From: Candidatus Poribacteria bacterium
Lineage (GTDB): Bacteria; Poribacteria; WGA-4E; UBA9662
Direction: 5' to 3'
Assembly: GCA_030748495.1 (NCBI GenBank)
Contig: JASMLX010000012.1
Coordinates: 1,411-65,410, forward strand
Length of the DNA stretch: 64,000 nt
Position numbers and translations under genes: made by a program. Numbering within the stretch: position 1 is the first letter of the stretch; the number at the start of each line of letters is the position of its first letter. The notes below the pieces were generated by a model that was not told the origin of the DNA, did not search any database, and saw only the letters and a list, made by a program, of their open reading frames with translations. Shown here piece after piece: positions 8,730 to 19,112 of this stretch.

Positions 8730-9470
8730 TCATTGTTGATATTGTGTCATCGGGACAAACCGAACACCACCGTAAGATTTCTTCACCAGTTTTCTTTCCA
8801 ATTTGGTAATCTGTAATAAATCCTGTTTAGTCTTACCAATCGGCAAAACGATTTTCCCGCCTATCTCCAGCTGATCAATCAGCCGATCAGGTAACGTCGG
8901 TGGGGCTGCGGTAACAATAATTCGATCAAACGGCGCCTGATGTTCCCACCCTGAATAGCCATTTCCGACCTTCCTCTCAATGTTTTGATAATTTAGATCT
9001 GTTAATCGTTTCCACGCTTGTTGCGCCAAGTTGTCGATAATTTCGACGGTATAGACCTGCTCAACGATCTCGGCCAGGACTGCCGTCTGGTAGCCACAAC
9101 CGGTGCCGATCTCCAATACCCGAGATTCAGGTTGTAGATCTAGCAACTCCGTCATTAAAGCGACAATGTAAGGTTGGGAGATGGTCTGTTCAAATCCAAT
9201 AGGGTAAGCTTGATCGTTATAAGCCTCGGACCGGTATTCCGGTAACATGAACAGGTGACGTGGCACACGCTGCATGGCAGTCAAGACTGACTTCGACCGG
9301 ATCCCCCGGTTGTAGATCTGTCGTTGCACCATCTGCTGTCTCGGTTTTTGGAAGTGGTCTTGATGGGAGTGGTGAGATGACTTCAATAGTTCTAGCGTAG
9401 AGGGGGAGAAAAAGTTTTGTAAAGTTGCCTTGATTCGAAATTGAGGGGTAGGCTTTGAATCACGTTTCAC
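8730..9470 (-). CDS. pcm: Protein-L-isoaspartate O-methyltransferase
   Basis: VL.AM..VPRH.F, TISQPYIVALM and the SAM motif VLEIGTGCGYQTAVLA are present. The start could instead be the internal ATG at 9332. Confidence 0.85.
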   Translation of the reverse strand: MKRDSKPTPQFRIKATLQNFFSPSTLELLKSSHHSHQDHFQKPRQQMVQRQIYNRGIRSKSVLTAMQRVPRHLFMLPEYRSEAYNDQAYPIGFEQTISQPYIVALMTELLDLQPESRVLEIGTGCGYQTAVLAEIVEQVYTVEIIDNLAQQAWKRLTDLNYQNIERKVGNGYSGWEHQAPFDRIIVTAAPPTLPDRLIDQLEIGGKIVLPIGKTKQDLLQITKLERKLVKKSYGGVRFVPMTQYQQ

Positions 9471-11846
9471 TTACTTGCCTAATCTAAGCTCGTATGGCGT
9501 CAGTGACCATAGGTAATTATATCGCAAACGATGAAGTAGCGTAGACGTATTCTCCCTCCAATCTGATCGGTTAGCAATAGACCTTAACCACCCCCCCAAG
9601 AAAGACGATTTAGGCGAAATCCGTTCTATCTCAGTTTCATTCGGGTCTAGTTTGGCCAGTTGATGTGCAACCAGAATTGCATCCGCTTCACCGCCAAGTT
9701 GATCGACTAAACCGTTTTCCAGAGCCTGACGACCAGACCAGATTCTACCTTGTGCCACTTTATCTACTGCTTCTACCGACAAGTTTCGACCGTTTGCGAC
9801 TTTCCATACAAAATCATCATAGATTTCTTCAACATCGGTAGTCAACTGCTGACGCTGTGCCCCGGTTGATTTATGGTGTATACTCCAAAGATCAGCGTTT
9901 CGCCCTCGTTTCAGGATCTGGTGATTAATTCCCAATTTTTGGTAAAATCCATCTACCACCGGCTTCATACCAAAAACACCGATTGATCCGGTAATGGTAC
10001 CGGGGTTAGCCAAAATCCGATCAGCGGGGGCGGCGATGTAGTATCCGCCAGAAGCTGCGGTATCTGCCATGGAGACTACCAAAGTCTTTTCCTCTTTCAA
10101 CTGAATGAGTTTCTGCCAGATAATATCAGCCGCCAACACCGATCCGCCGCCACTATCAATACGAAGCACTACCGCCTTGACCGATGGGTCTTCCGTCACC
10201 GATTTTACCGCTGCCGAAATCGTATCTGCCCCCATAATGGATTGTCCAAAAAACGGATCAGCCCAACTTTCACCTGTCATCATGTTACCGTGAGCTTCAA
10301 TCACCGCCACCTTTGGTTTCGGCAATTGCCAATCGTAATCCAATTGATTGTAGTAAACGCCAGTCTCCAGTTTCTCCGCTTGAAATAGCTCTTCTAGCTG
10401 ATGGCGGGTAACAATTTTATCCACCACTTTATTTTCTACAGCACGCTGAGCGGTATAAGGACCGTTGTCGATCAGTGTCTTGATCTCTTCTACAGATTTG
10501 CCACGGCCTTCAGCCACGGCCTGAGTCAGTTGATCGTATAGATCATCCAGCACGGTCGTTAAAGACTCGCGGTGTGCATCGGACATTTGGACTCCTGTAA
10601 ACGACTCTGGCGCGTTTTTGTACTTCCCAACCTTCAGCACTTCGACTTCGATCCCCAGTTGATCTAGTAGCTGACGATAGAATGAGACCTCGAACCGAAG
10701 GCCAATTAGATCAACCGTACTGGAAGAGTGTATCAGTATCTGGTGACAGGCACTGGCTAATAGATAGTTGCCGGTCGAGCAATCTCCCTCCAGATAGGCG
10801 TACATTTTCTTATCCTGTTCCTGAAAATGGAGAATCTTTTGTCGCAACTCCTGTATCTCTCCAAATCCCAGGTTGGAGGACCCAAAACGAATGAGTGCCC
10901 CCTGGATTCGTGGATCTTCGCTGGCAGAATGGAGGAGGTCTCCAATTTCCTCTGCTTTTAGATCCAGGTAAAATCGACGACGAATAGGTTTGGTCTTAAA
11001 CGCTTGGGTGAAATTGAGAAATCCAACGCTTTCTGTTTCTGTTGCACGACCGGTTGACGTCGAGATAGGCCGATAAGCTCCAAACCCAAACTGTGCCAAG
11101 TTGATCTGAAACTGAAAGGCGTAGCCGTCCGGCGTCAAACCAGCTTTTAGGATCAACGGGTCTACAGGTCGTACCTCCAATCCCAAGAGAAGATGGTTTA
11201 AAAGCTGGTAGTTAATACTTTTGTTGAAAATATCTTTCCCTACTTGCCAATCGCAAGAGAGCGTCATCCTGGAAGTGCCTGGACGAATAGCGAAGCCAAG
11301 ATCCAATGATCTCCCAAAATTCGGATCGTTGCTTTCGCCAACGTGGTTGCTTCTAAGAAAGTGAGGGGTAGATGAGTTGCGGTTAAGGTCTCGTGCTACC
11401 ATACCAAAGGATAAAAACCTTCGCCGGTAGAGAGCCCCCAGCGACCAAGATCGATCAGAGGTATCCTTTTTGACCCTACTCCAACCATAACTTACGCCCA
11501 AAGAAAAGCTAGATCCAAGCGAGAATCCACTAGCGACAGTGTAACGCTCAAAACCGTTTACACCGCCCAGGCCTTCTACTGAAAAGCCAGAATTGGGGGT
11601 GGCAAGGAAAAATGCCTGGTTACTGCGTTTAATAGGTTGGTTCTGAGAAGAACGCAGATAGTGTAAATCCAGGGTTTGATTGTGGCTAAGACCGGCTGGA
11701 TTAAAAAAGGAAGCCAACGCATTGTCACTGCTGGCAACGGAAGTTTCCGGTAAGGCAATACCAACCTGTGGCTGAGAGATACCGATAGAGGTCACAATCG
11801 ACCCTGCCCAAATAGAAAAGTATAACCCCCAAATATAAGTTCTCAT
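9471..11846 (-). CDS. sppA: Signal peptide peptidase SppA (two S49 domains) with ~290-aa beta-rich N-terminal extension
   Basis: Two S49 halves are visible: IRFGSSNLGFGEIQELR...GNYLLASAC, and LRIDSGGGSVLAADIIW...ASGGYYIAAPAD...GSIGVFG. The N-terminal region has a signal peptide and alternating porin-like strands, including an NPAGL motif. Confidence 0.8.
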   Translation of the reverse strand: MRTYIWGLYFSIWAGSIVTSIGISQPQVGIALPETSVASSDNALASFFNPAGLSHNQTLDLHYLRSSQNQPIKRSNQAFFLATPNSGFSVEGLGGVNGFERYTVASGFSLGSSFSLGVSYGWSRVKKDTSDRSWSLGALYRRRFLSFGMVARDLNRNSSTPHFLRSNHVGESNDPNFGRSLDLGFAIRPGTSRMTLSCDWQVGKDIFNKSINYQLLNHLLLGLEVRPVDPLILKAGLTPDGYAFQFQINLAQFGFGAYRPISTSTGRATETESVGFLNFTQAFKTKPIRRRFYLDLKAEEIGDLLHSASEDPRIQGALIRFGSSNLGFGEIQELRQKILHFQEQDKKMYAYLEGDCSTGNYLLASACHQILIHSSSTVDLIGLRFEVSFYRQLLDQLGIEVEVLKVGKYKNAPESFTGVQMSDAHRESLTTVLDDLYDQLTQAVAEGRGKSVEEIKTLIDNGPYTAQRAVENKVVDKIVTRHQLEELFQAEKLETGVYYNQLDYDWQLPKPKVAVIEAHGNMMTGESWADPFFGQSIMGADTISAAVKSVTEDPSVKAVVLRIDSGGGSVLAADIIWQKLIQLKEEKTLVVSMADTAASGGYYIAAPADRILANPGTITGSIGVFGMKPVVDGFYQKLGINHQILKRGRNADLWSIHHKSTGAQRQQLTTDVEEIYDDFVWKVANGRNLSVEAVDKVAQGRIWSGRQALENGLVDQLGGEADAILVAHQLAKLDPNETEIERISPKSSFLGGWLRSIANRSDWRENTSTLLHRLRYNYLWSLTPYELRLGK

Positions 11847-12142
11847 TCCGACGACGCTTATCTTCGATGAATCCGATGGAGTGGTTAAGGCTCCAGCTAT
11901 TTTCCTCTCGGTTGGAGATATGTTATCATTTGAAAATAGCGATTACCAAACTTTCAGCCATCCAACTTTGACGCCAATGAATTTACTCGTATTGCCCTTT
12001 TTTAGGTTACGGTTTCCAATTGGTACGAGTGCCAAGGCGAGGCAGGCGCCGAGTGGCTGGAAGTTTCACTCCGCCCGAGACAAGCATCTCCCTAACAAGT
12101 TCCCGCCAAAACAAGTCGAGTTAAACTAACTAAGGAGGAACT

Positions 12143-12925
12143 ATGAAAGTTTTTATTTTAGGAGATCTGGAAGGAACCGCAGGTGTAGTCGACTTCAAGT
12201 CACAGACCTATAGCGACGCTAAATATTACGAACAAGCTAAACGGTTAGCGACGCTGGAAATCAATGCCTTGATTGATGGTGTCATCGCTGGCGGGGCAAC
12301 AGAGATCTGGTTTTTGGACGGACATGGCCCCGGCGGGATTAACTACGAGTTGATGCATGCTGAAGCTAAAATGGTGATTGGCCGACCAATTTCAGTCCCC
12401 TGGGGGTTAGATCCCACTTTCGACGCTATGCTACTCTACGGCCACCACTCGATGTCCAATACGAACTGTGGGGTTTTATGTCATAGTTGGAGTTCGCGTA
12501 CCATAGACAATTGCTGGCTGAACGGGAAACTAATCGGCGAAATCGGGCTTAACATATCACTCGCCGGTGAGGTAGGGGTACCAACGATTTTCATTAGTGG
12601 TGACGATACGGCCATTGCAGAAGCTAAAGAATATGTTCCCGACATCGCCTCCGTTGAAACTAAAGTTGGTCTTTCTCAAACCAGCGCACTCTCTATTTCA
12701 CCCCTCAAATCGCAACAACTCCATCGCGAGGTGGGTGAAATAGCCATGCGGTTAATCGGTCAAACCGAACCGTATCATACTCAACCACCTTACACCTTTA
12801 AAACACAGCTACTGGAAGCCACTGCGCTGAAATCGAAAGTTCAGCAGAGCCATGTTGAACTAGTTGACGATCGAACCTATCAGGTAAGAGGACAAACGTT
12901 AGTCGAAATTGCTAGCAAACGGTAA
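12143..12925 (+). CDS. Peptidase M55 (DppA-type D-aminopeptidase) family protein
   Basis: The N-terminus MKVFILGDLEGTAGV and the HGPGG / HH motifs are typical of M55. A strong RBS, AAGGAGG, lies upstream. Confidence 0.75.
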   Translation: MKVFILGDLEGTAGVVDFKSQTYSDAKYYEQAKRLATLEINALIDGVIAGGATEIWFLDGHGPGGINYELMHAEAKMVIGRPISVPWGLDPTFDAMLLYGHHSMSNTNCGVLCHSWSSRTIDNCWLNGKLIGEIGLNISLAGEVGVPTIFISGDDTAIAEAKEYVPDIASVETKVGLSQTSALSISPLKSQQLHREVGEIAMRLIGQTEPYHTQPPYTFKTQLLEATALKSKVQQSHVELVDDRTYQVRGQTLVEIASKR

Positions 12926-12982
12926 ATACAAAAGAGTCATAGAACATTAGGAACCTGACCGATCAGATCCGATTAGCGTCTT

Positions 12983-15406
12983 CTATAGCTGACAGAAGTC
13001 GGCTAAAGTGCCCGGATAGTGTGTGCCTGCTGGAACATACCCTAAAATTAAGCCGTCAATTAACTTGCTATGATCAGCAACTACACCAGTTGACTCTTCC
13101 GCTGTAATGCCTTTAGACATCAATAAATAGAAAGTATCCCGACGTAGACCTCTGGTGGTAAAGAAGTTACCCTGTCCCTTAGAAATGACCAGATCGGCAT
13201 TCAAGATCGCGGTGGCGAACTCAGTTGTAGCTTGATGCAGGTTAGTCCCAATGGTGATGGAACCAGAAGAAATAAATTGGATATCGCCAGCGTGGATCTG
13301 CTGAGGCAGTTGTTGAAAAAACGGATGTTCAGCCATTTGGTATAGATCCGCTACAGTAGCATCGTTACTGGCAGGTTCAGGTTTCCCAACTACCGTGATC
13401 CGATGACCGAGTTCGACCAGTTGTTCAACCAACCATAGGTCGAAGACAGCTTCCCCATCGTTATCAATCAGCCACACAATCGATTTTGGATTGGCCTCAA
13501 TTACATCTTGGGAGAAGCGGTCAAAACAGTTGATTGAAAAGTCCGTACTAACTGCGGCTGATAATGCCTGATCGAAGTAGGATGGATTGTCGGTCAGTTT
13601 TTTGATTACTCTGGCACTGCTATAGTCGATGATATTGCCAGCGATTACCAGCCTCAGTTTTTGTTGCCAATCGAGTTTGGGTACCAACTGCTGAAAAGCG
13701 GTCTGACGTGCTAGCCGCTTATCTCTATAATAGGGATCTAAATTACCGGTGACTATCTTGACAATTTCAAAGACTGCCCCCCAAACCTGTTCAGCGGTTA
13801 GGTTTGAAACGACATACTCACCGTCCGATCGTTTGAGGTCTAGTAGGTCAACGACCGCTTGTTCGGCAATACCAGCCAACAACTCATTTCTAGTAGATCT
13901 GGCAATTAGCTCGGTTTTGGAATGACTACGAATGTGTTGTCGAAGTTGCCCCCAATCTGGTAAGTGTCGCTTTTCTCCAAGAGTAAAGACCCCGGGCAAA
14001 TAAGGTTCAGTGACAAGTTGATCCCACCAAAGTGTCTGCGGTAGGGTTGGGATCCCGATCACTCGACGATCCAAAATAGTCTGGGTTGGAATTACCGTTG
14101 CGTTGGCAGTTATCGACCGTAGTTTAACCGCAGCATCCACCTGAGTTGCTGTAAAATTAGCCTCTTGAATTTCAGTTTTGGTGCGCAACCCAGAAATTGG
14201 TGTTGAGATCGGCAATTCAATTCGGTTGTCGGTAAAAACAGTATCATCAGCAGTAACATCTATCAAACTGGTACTGTTACCAACAATTGTCTTACCGGTC
14301 AGTGTGACATTTTCCAGTCGGCAATAGTCGCCAATTTGAACCTCTGATCCAAGGTGAATACGGCCTAAAAAGTGACAACCAACACCAATCTTCAGGTCTT
14401 CATCAAGCGAATGGGGGAAATTGGATTGAAAAGTAATCTGGGCTTGTGGGTCTACACGTACCCCTTTTTCAGCTAATAGTGCTCTAGCTTGGTTATAGCG
14501 GAGTTCCTCGCCGGCTAAAACATTCGACCAACGATTGACACCGGAAACTAAATCAGCCTGGTAGACATAGGCATTCGTTTTCAGTCCATCCTGGTAAAAG
14601 TGTCGAATCAGATCAACATGGTGGAACTCGGTTCCGTTCTTGTGAGACTGAAGTCGGTCGATCCTCTCAATCATGGCTTGACGGTGAACCAGCGTGATAC
14701 CAGTATTGGTACAGGCAGTGCCTTGCTCTAGCCGTTGCCACATTTCAGCTTGCTCTGCCTCTGTCATGTCGTACCACTCTTTGGTACCCATAAGGCGGCC
14801 CTCTGGATCAAAAAAGAGCCCACCTTTATCGACGACGGTTTCCGGCTTTTTGGCACAGAGCGTAATATCTGCCCGCTGAATAAAGTGAGAAATCAGCGTC
14901 TGCCAAAAGATATTCGGTGGCAAAAACGGTTCATCCCCAAAAGCGACACCGATAAACTCGGCGTCTGAGTTTTGGATCTCAGGCAGAGCCGCGCGCAAAG
15001 CACCACCTGTACCGTCTGGTGTTTCTTGTACACAGAGAATCACCTGATCCATGTTGAGACTTATCAGGCGTTGATAGGTTCCAGGATTAACCACGATAAT
15101 GTGAGGACGGGTTGTCGGTAAGTGCTGGCGAGATAGATCTAGCACATTTTCTTGGCCAAACCAAATGTCCAATGTTTTATTAAGTCGTCCGGTAGGGTCA
15201 ATCCGAGATCCCTTGCCTGCGGCTAAAACAACCCATTGTGGATCGATTTGTCGTTGGATCTGATCTGAATTACCCAGTCGATCTATCGCGAGGGTAAAGT
15301 CTTCGATCAAACGATCAGTTAGACCGCCTATGTCAGCCAATGAACAGCCAAAAAGGGATTTACAAAGGTTTGAAGTTTGAAGTTTAAAAACTCCTTCGCA
15401 CTCCAT
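12983..15406 (-). CDS. Fusion: GlmU-like sugar-phosphate nucleotidyltransferase + left-handed beta-helix + C-terminal DUF89 (ARMT1-type metal-dependent phosphatase)
   Basis: The N-domain has LAAGKGSRI and DGTGGAL. The middle has hexapeptide-repeat-like IG.GC.F.G...LG..V.IG. The C-domain has IDNDGEAVFD and ISKGQGNFFT, which correspond to the DUF89 D-N-x-G-E and K-G-x-x-N motifs. Confidence 0.7.
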   Translation of the reverse strand: MECEGVFKLQTSNLCKSLFGCSLADIGGLTDRLIEDFTLAIDRLGNSDQIQRQIDPQWVVLAAGKGSRIDPTGRLNKTLDIWFGQENVLDLSRQHLPTTRPHIIVVNPGTYQRLISLNMDQVILCVQETPDGTGGALRAALPEIQNSDAEFIGVAFGDEPFLPPNIFWQTLISHFIQRADITLCAKKPETVVDKGGLFFDPEGRLMGTKEWYDMTEAEQAEMWQRLEQGTACTNTGITLVHRQAMIERIDRLQSHKNGTEFHHVDLIRHFYQDGLKTNAYVYQADLVSGVNRWSNVLAGEELRYNQARALLAEKGVRVDPQAQITFQSNFPHSLDEDLKIGVGCHFLGRIHLGSEVQIGDYCRLENVTLTGKTIVGNSTSLIDVTADDTVFTDNRIELPISTPISGLRTKTEIQEANFTATQVDAAVKLRSITANATVIPTQTILDRRVIGIPTLPQTLWWDQLVTEPYLPGVFTLGEKRHLPDWGQLRQHIRSHSKTELIARSTRNELLAGIAEQAVVDLLDLKRSDGEYVVSNLTAEQVWGAVFEIVKIVTGNLDPYYRDKRLARQTAFQQLVPKLDWQQKLRLVIAGNIIDYSSARVIKKLTDNPSYFDQALSAAVSTDFSINCFDRFSQDVIEANPKSIVWLIDNDGEAVFDLWLVEQLVELGHRITVVGKPEPASNDATVADLYQMAEHPFFQQLPQQIHAGDIQFISSGSITIGTNLHQATTEFATAILNADLVISKGQGNFFTTRGLRRDTFYLLMSKGITAEESTGVVADHSKLIDGLILGYVPAGTHYPGTLADFCQL

Positions 15407-15442
15407 ACTTCTTACTTCACGCTTCCAATCTAAAATTCGGGT

Positions 15443-16234
15443 TTAGCCGGTTGCTGTTTTGAATTTTTGGTTTTCTTCGCTAAACTTACAAGTGACTAAA
15501 AAGGCGTCGTTGCCAATGGCGATCATTTTTACACCAGCGTCAAGCCATCGCTTTCCAGATTCAAAGTCATTGACATAACTGCCTAAAATGACCCCTCGTT
15601 TCTGGACTGTCTCAATAATAATTTCAGCAGCTTCGATAACCTTCGGGTGTGCTAATTCACCAGAAACCCCTAGCGAAGAGGAGAGATCATAGAGCCCGAT
15701 AAAGATGACGTCTAAAGCGCCAACATCCAGGATTTCTTCTAGATGATCCAAGCCGGCCACCGTCTCGATTTGACCGATCAGAACCAGATCTTGGTTTGAT
15801 TGCTGAAGCAAATTGACACCGTCAAACTGACGGAAGTCACCATAATCAGTATGTCCAATACCAAAAGCTACCCCCCGGTCACCGTCAGGCGGGAACTTGG
15901 CGTACTGCGAAACCGTTTTTACATCTTCAGCAGACTCAAGGCGAGGCACCATCAATCCTGCTGCTCCTGCATCAAGTGACCTGGAAACAAAATGACGATC
16001 AATCGACGGGATGCGAACGATAGCTGGAATATCAGAGCCTCGCGCGGCCCGGATCATTGAGCCTACCGTCTGCAAAGAGAACATGGTGTGTTCTAGATCT
16101 ACGATGAGATAGTCCGCTCCTGCACTCGCTAGGATAGTCGCCATCTGTGGCACAGCAAACTCCATCACAAATGTACCGACCATTACCTGCTGGTGTTGGA
16201 GATTCTGCTTCAAAGATTTGTAGTTCCGGTACAT
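15443..16234 (-). CDS. HpcH/HpaI family class II pyruvate aldolase
   Basis: ADYLIVDLEH, VRIPS and LMVP..ESAED motifs. Length is ~263 aa. Confidence 0.8.
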   Translation of the reverse strand: MYRNYKSLKQNLQHQQVMVGTFVMEFAVPQMATILASAGADYLIVDLEHTMFSLQTVGSMIRAARGSDIPAIVRIPSIDRHFVSRSLDAGAAGLMVPRLESAEDVKTVSQYAKFPPDGDRGVAFGIGHTDYGDFRQFDGVNLLQQSNQDLVLIGQIETVAGLDHLEEILDVGALDVIFIGLYDLSSSLGVSGELAHPKVIEAAEIIIETVQKRGVILGSYVNDFESGKRWLDAGVKMIAIGNDAFLVTCKFSEENQKFKTATG

Positions 16235-16267
16235 GATCTAAACGACTCTCGATGGGGAAAGCATGTC

Positions 16268-18253
16268 CTAGGCCTGGTCGGGGGAAGGGCGTTGATCTAC
16301 GTAATTAATAATATCTTGCATCAAGCGCTGGGCACCAGAAACAGCGTAGGAGGGAGTTAACATTCCTTGACCAATAGTCAAGATGAGCTGGCAATATTCG
16401 TACGCTGATTTCAGTTTGCCAGCGTTGTGTTCATTCTCTGCAAAGTTGAAATAACAAATCGTACCACGCAACCAACTTTCATTGGCCCTTTCCAAAACAT
16501 TGGCACGCGAATACTGGTCTCCAGATTCTTCATACATTTTGCCTGCTTGCCGCCATTCACGGTTGCGCTCAAGGTTAACTGCCAGCTTAATGTAGTGATC
16601 ACCAGCAGATCGTGCGCACCGCTTGGCACTACGGATTTTACTGGCACTCTGATAGGCTAAATGCGCACGTGAGAAGCAATTTGCAGCCGATCCCCAATTG
16701 CTTTTCTCGACAAAGGTCTTAGCTTGAAAGGCGTAGAAGTCACCGAGCTCTCTATAATTTTTCTGGGCTGACTTAGCTTTTCCCTGTTTCTCATAGTTTT
16801 CCGCTCGGGTTAAAATTTGTATGGCTTTGGTTTCATGAGCGTACTGCGCCGACTGATGTAAAGATCTTAAAGCAGATTCCGGCCGATTGTTATTGGTTGC
16901 GGGAGGGCACTCAGAACTGGAACCAGAACCCAGAAGAGGTAAGCTTTTGGTTGTATTTTGTGCTGGAGTAGGCTTAGGAGCAGATTGAGGAGATAGGGTT
17001 GCTGTAGTCGGTTGTTGACCCAACAATTTTTCGGTCAACTGTTTTTGTAAAGATTGAGGTTGTTGCTGAATAAAGGCCAACAGATCTTCTACTGTTGTTA
17101 CTGTTGGTGTCTGTTCTACCACTTCTAATAGCTTGTTAAAGATCCCATTGGCCGTCTTAATCGTTTCGGTACCGGTTAGACTTAACAATGCCGCCTGCTT
17201 AACCTGCTTGAGTGCGTTGAGTGGATCCAGTGTGCCAGCACGATCATAATGTTGCCCAACCTTGTCAGCATAGGTTTTGGTTTCTACTTGATCCCGCTCA
17301 TCGATCTTTCGACGCCAGACATCTGCCTCAATCTGCTCTGCGACTTCAGTTGGAATTCGCCAATCTTGACGTTCGATTTGTAGCATCTCAGTCCAACTAT
17401 TACGTGCTGATTGGGCTGTGATCATCCGCTGTGTAGCCTGAACATATTGTTGATTTCGAATCCGAACTAGTTCCTGTGTCATTTCGCTTGCCGTCTGGTA
17501 TCGGTCACGGGGATCCGGGGCTAACGCTTTATGTAGAAAAGTACTCAAATCTGCATCCAATTCGATAGGGAGTTGGAGCTTAGCGGCTAATTTCCGTTGC
17601 TTAATTTCATCATGGTTGCGACCAGAGAAGGGGTAGCGATGCACTAGCATCTCATAAATAATCAAGCCGGTGGCGTATAGATCTGTCCGAATATCGTAAT
17701 TGCCATCGTACTGCTCCGGTGACATATACTTGCGAGTGCCTGTAATCGTCGCTGCATAGTCACTGGTCTCTTCCAAAATGCGTGCCACACCAAAATCAGA
17801 GATCTTAGCAGTAAAGTCAGAAGTAAGTAAAATGTTTTGCGGCTTTATGTCTCGATGGATGATATTCGACCGGTGGGCAGCGGAGAGGCCTGTACAAATG
17901 TCGATGGCAATGCAGACAGCACGACTTGTTGATGGGGGATTATTCGCAATCATCTTCTGCAGATCAATCCCATCGACGAATTCCATCACAATGTAAGCCA
18001 CATATTCACCATCGCCCGGCTCAACGGTGTGGATGGAGACAATGTTCGGGTGTTCCCAGTTGATGCCAAGCGCATGCAGCTCAGTGAAGAAGTACCGGAT
18101 TCGATTTCCTGTATAGGCTGATTTAGGGATGACCTTGATAGCGACAGTCCGCTTAATCAGTTGTTCGGTCGCCCGGAAGACGGTCGAGAAACTGCCTTGG
18201 CTAATCAGTTTCTCGATCCGGTATTTGTTGAGTAGCAGTTCGTTGATCCGCAC
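16268..18253 (-). CDS. Ser/Thr protein kinase with Pro/Thr/Ser/Gln-rich linker and C-terminal helical-repeat (TPR/SNAP-like) domain
   Basis: Hanks kinase motifs are present: VAIKV, HRDIKPQNILL, DFGVA and YMSPEQ. The start codon is GTG. Confidence 0.85.
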   Translation of the reverse strand: MRINELLLNKYRIEKLISQGSFSTVFRATEQLIKRTVAIKVIPKSAYTGNRIRYFFTELHALGINWEHPNIVSIHTVEPGDGEYVAYIVMEFVDGIDLQKMIANNPPSTSRAVCIAIDICTGLSAAHRSNIIHRDIKPQNILLTSDFTAKISDFGVARILEETSDYAATITGTRKYMSPEQYDGNYDIRTDLYATGLIIYEMLVHRYPFSGRNHDEIKQRKLAAKLQLPIELDADLSTFLHKALAPDPRDRYQTASEMTQELVRIRNQQYVQATQRMITAQSARNSWTEMLQIERQDWRIPTEVAEQIEADVWRRKIDERDQVETKTYADKVGQHYDRAGTLDPLNALKQVKQAALLSLTGTETIKTANGIFNKLLEVVEQTPTVTTVEDLLAFIQQQPQSLQKQLTEKLLGQQPTTATLSPQSAPKPTPAQNTTKSLPLLGSGSSSECPPATNNNRPESALRSLHQSAQYAHETKAIQILTRAENYEKQGKAKSAQKNYRELGDFYAFQAKTFVEKSNWGSAANCFSRAHLAYQSASKIRSAKRCARSAGDHYIKLAVNLERNREWRQAGKMYEESGDQYSRANVLERANESWLRGTICYFNFAENEHNAGKLKSAYEYCQLILTIGQGMLTPSYAVSGAQRLMQDIINYVDQRPSPDQA

Positions 18254-18347
18254 ACTGAATAGTTCTTGACGGTTAAAATATCATTAATGTCTGAATTTTG
18301 ATACAGAGATTAACACACTAAGCAAGCGGTGTCAACACTTAAATCGT

Positions 18348-19013
18348 TTACCCATCTGGATTTTCTTGCTTTTTCCTTGTTTCTTTGACAACATCAACTA
18401 ACCGATTCGCTGTTTCCTTTAACTCATCAAACCGTTTTTCTGAAATAATTTTATTGTTGACAAGTGTACTTCCGATACCAAGTGCGGTCGCACCGGCAGC
18501 GATAAAGTCGGCTGCATTATCTAAACCAATCCCCCCGGTCGGAATGATTTGAACCTGTGGTAGTGGGGCTTTAACACCTTTAATGTACGAAGCTCCAGAA
18601 ACATCTGCTGGAAAGACTTTAACATAATCTGCCCCTAGCTCCCAGGCTGTCAAAATTTCTGTTGGCGTAAATGCACCAGGCATAACAACCTTCCCATACC
18701 GATTACAAAGGTCAATCACGCTAGATTTAGTGGCAGGGCTAACAATAAATTCGGCTCCCGACAAAATTGCCATCCGGGCTGTTTCTGCGTCAAGGACAGA
18801 ACCAGCACCGATTAGCACCTGATTGCCATAGGTTTTGGAAACTTCACTGATGACATTAAGTGCTCCAGGAGTTGTCATCGTTACCTCAACTATATCAACC
18901 CCACCGGCTCGGATAGCATCCACCACATTTGTCAACTCGCTGGCATCGTCTGCCCGAATAATGGCGACAATACCTCTGTTCTCAATTCGGTTCATCTGTT
19001 CATGTTTGGTCAT
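18348..19013 (-). CDS. eda: KDPG / 4-hydroxy-2-oxoglutarate aldolase
   Basis: GIVAIIR...GGVDIVEVTMTTPGA...GAGSVLD....A...GA.F.VSP...VKVFPA is the Eda pattern. Confidence 0.85.
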   Translation of the reverse strand: MTKHEQMNRIENRGIVAIIRADDASELTNVVDAIRAGGVDIVEVTMTTPGALNVISEVSKTYGNQVLIGAGSVLDAETARMAILSGAEFIVSPATKSSVIDLCNRYGKVVMPGAFTPTEILTAWELGADYVKVFPADVSGASYIKGVKAPLPQVQIIPTGGIGLDNAADFIAAGATALGIGSTLVNNKIISEKRFDELKETANRLVDVVKETRKKQENPDG

Positions 19014-19112
19014 AGATCCCTCGCAACTATTATTTTATTTATTATTGTTCTTTTCGCGTACCTATGCTACAATCAGCCAAAAGCCCATTTATTAACCACC
19101 CTGCCAAATAGC

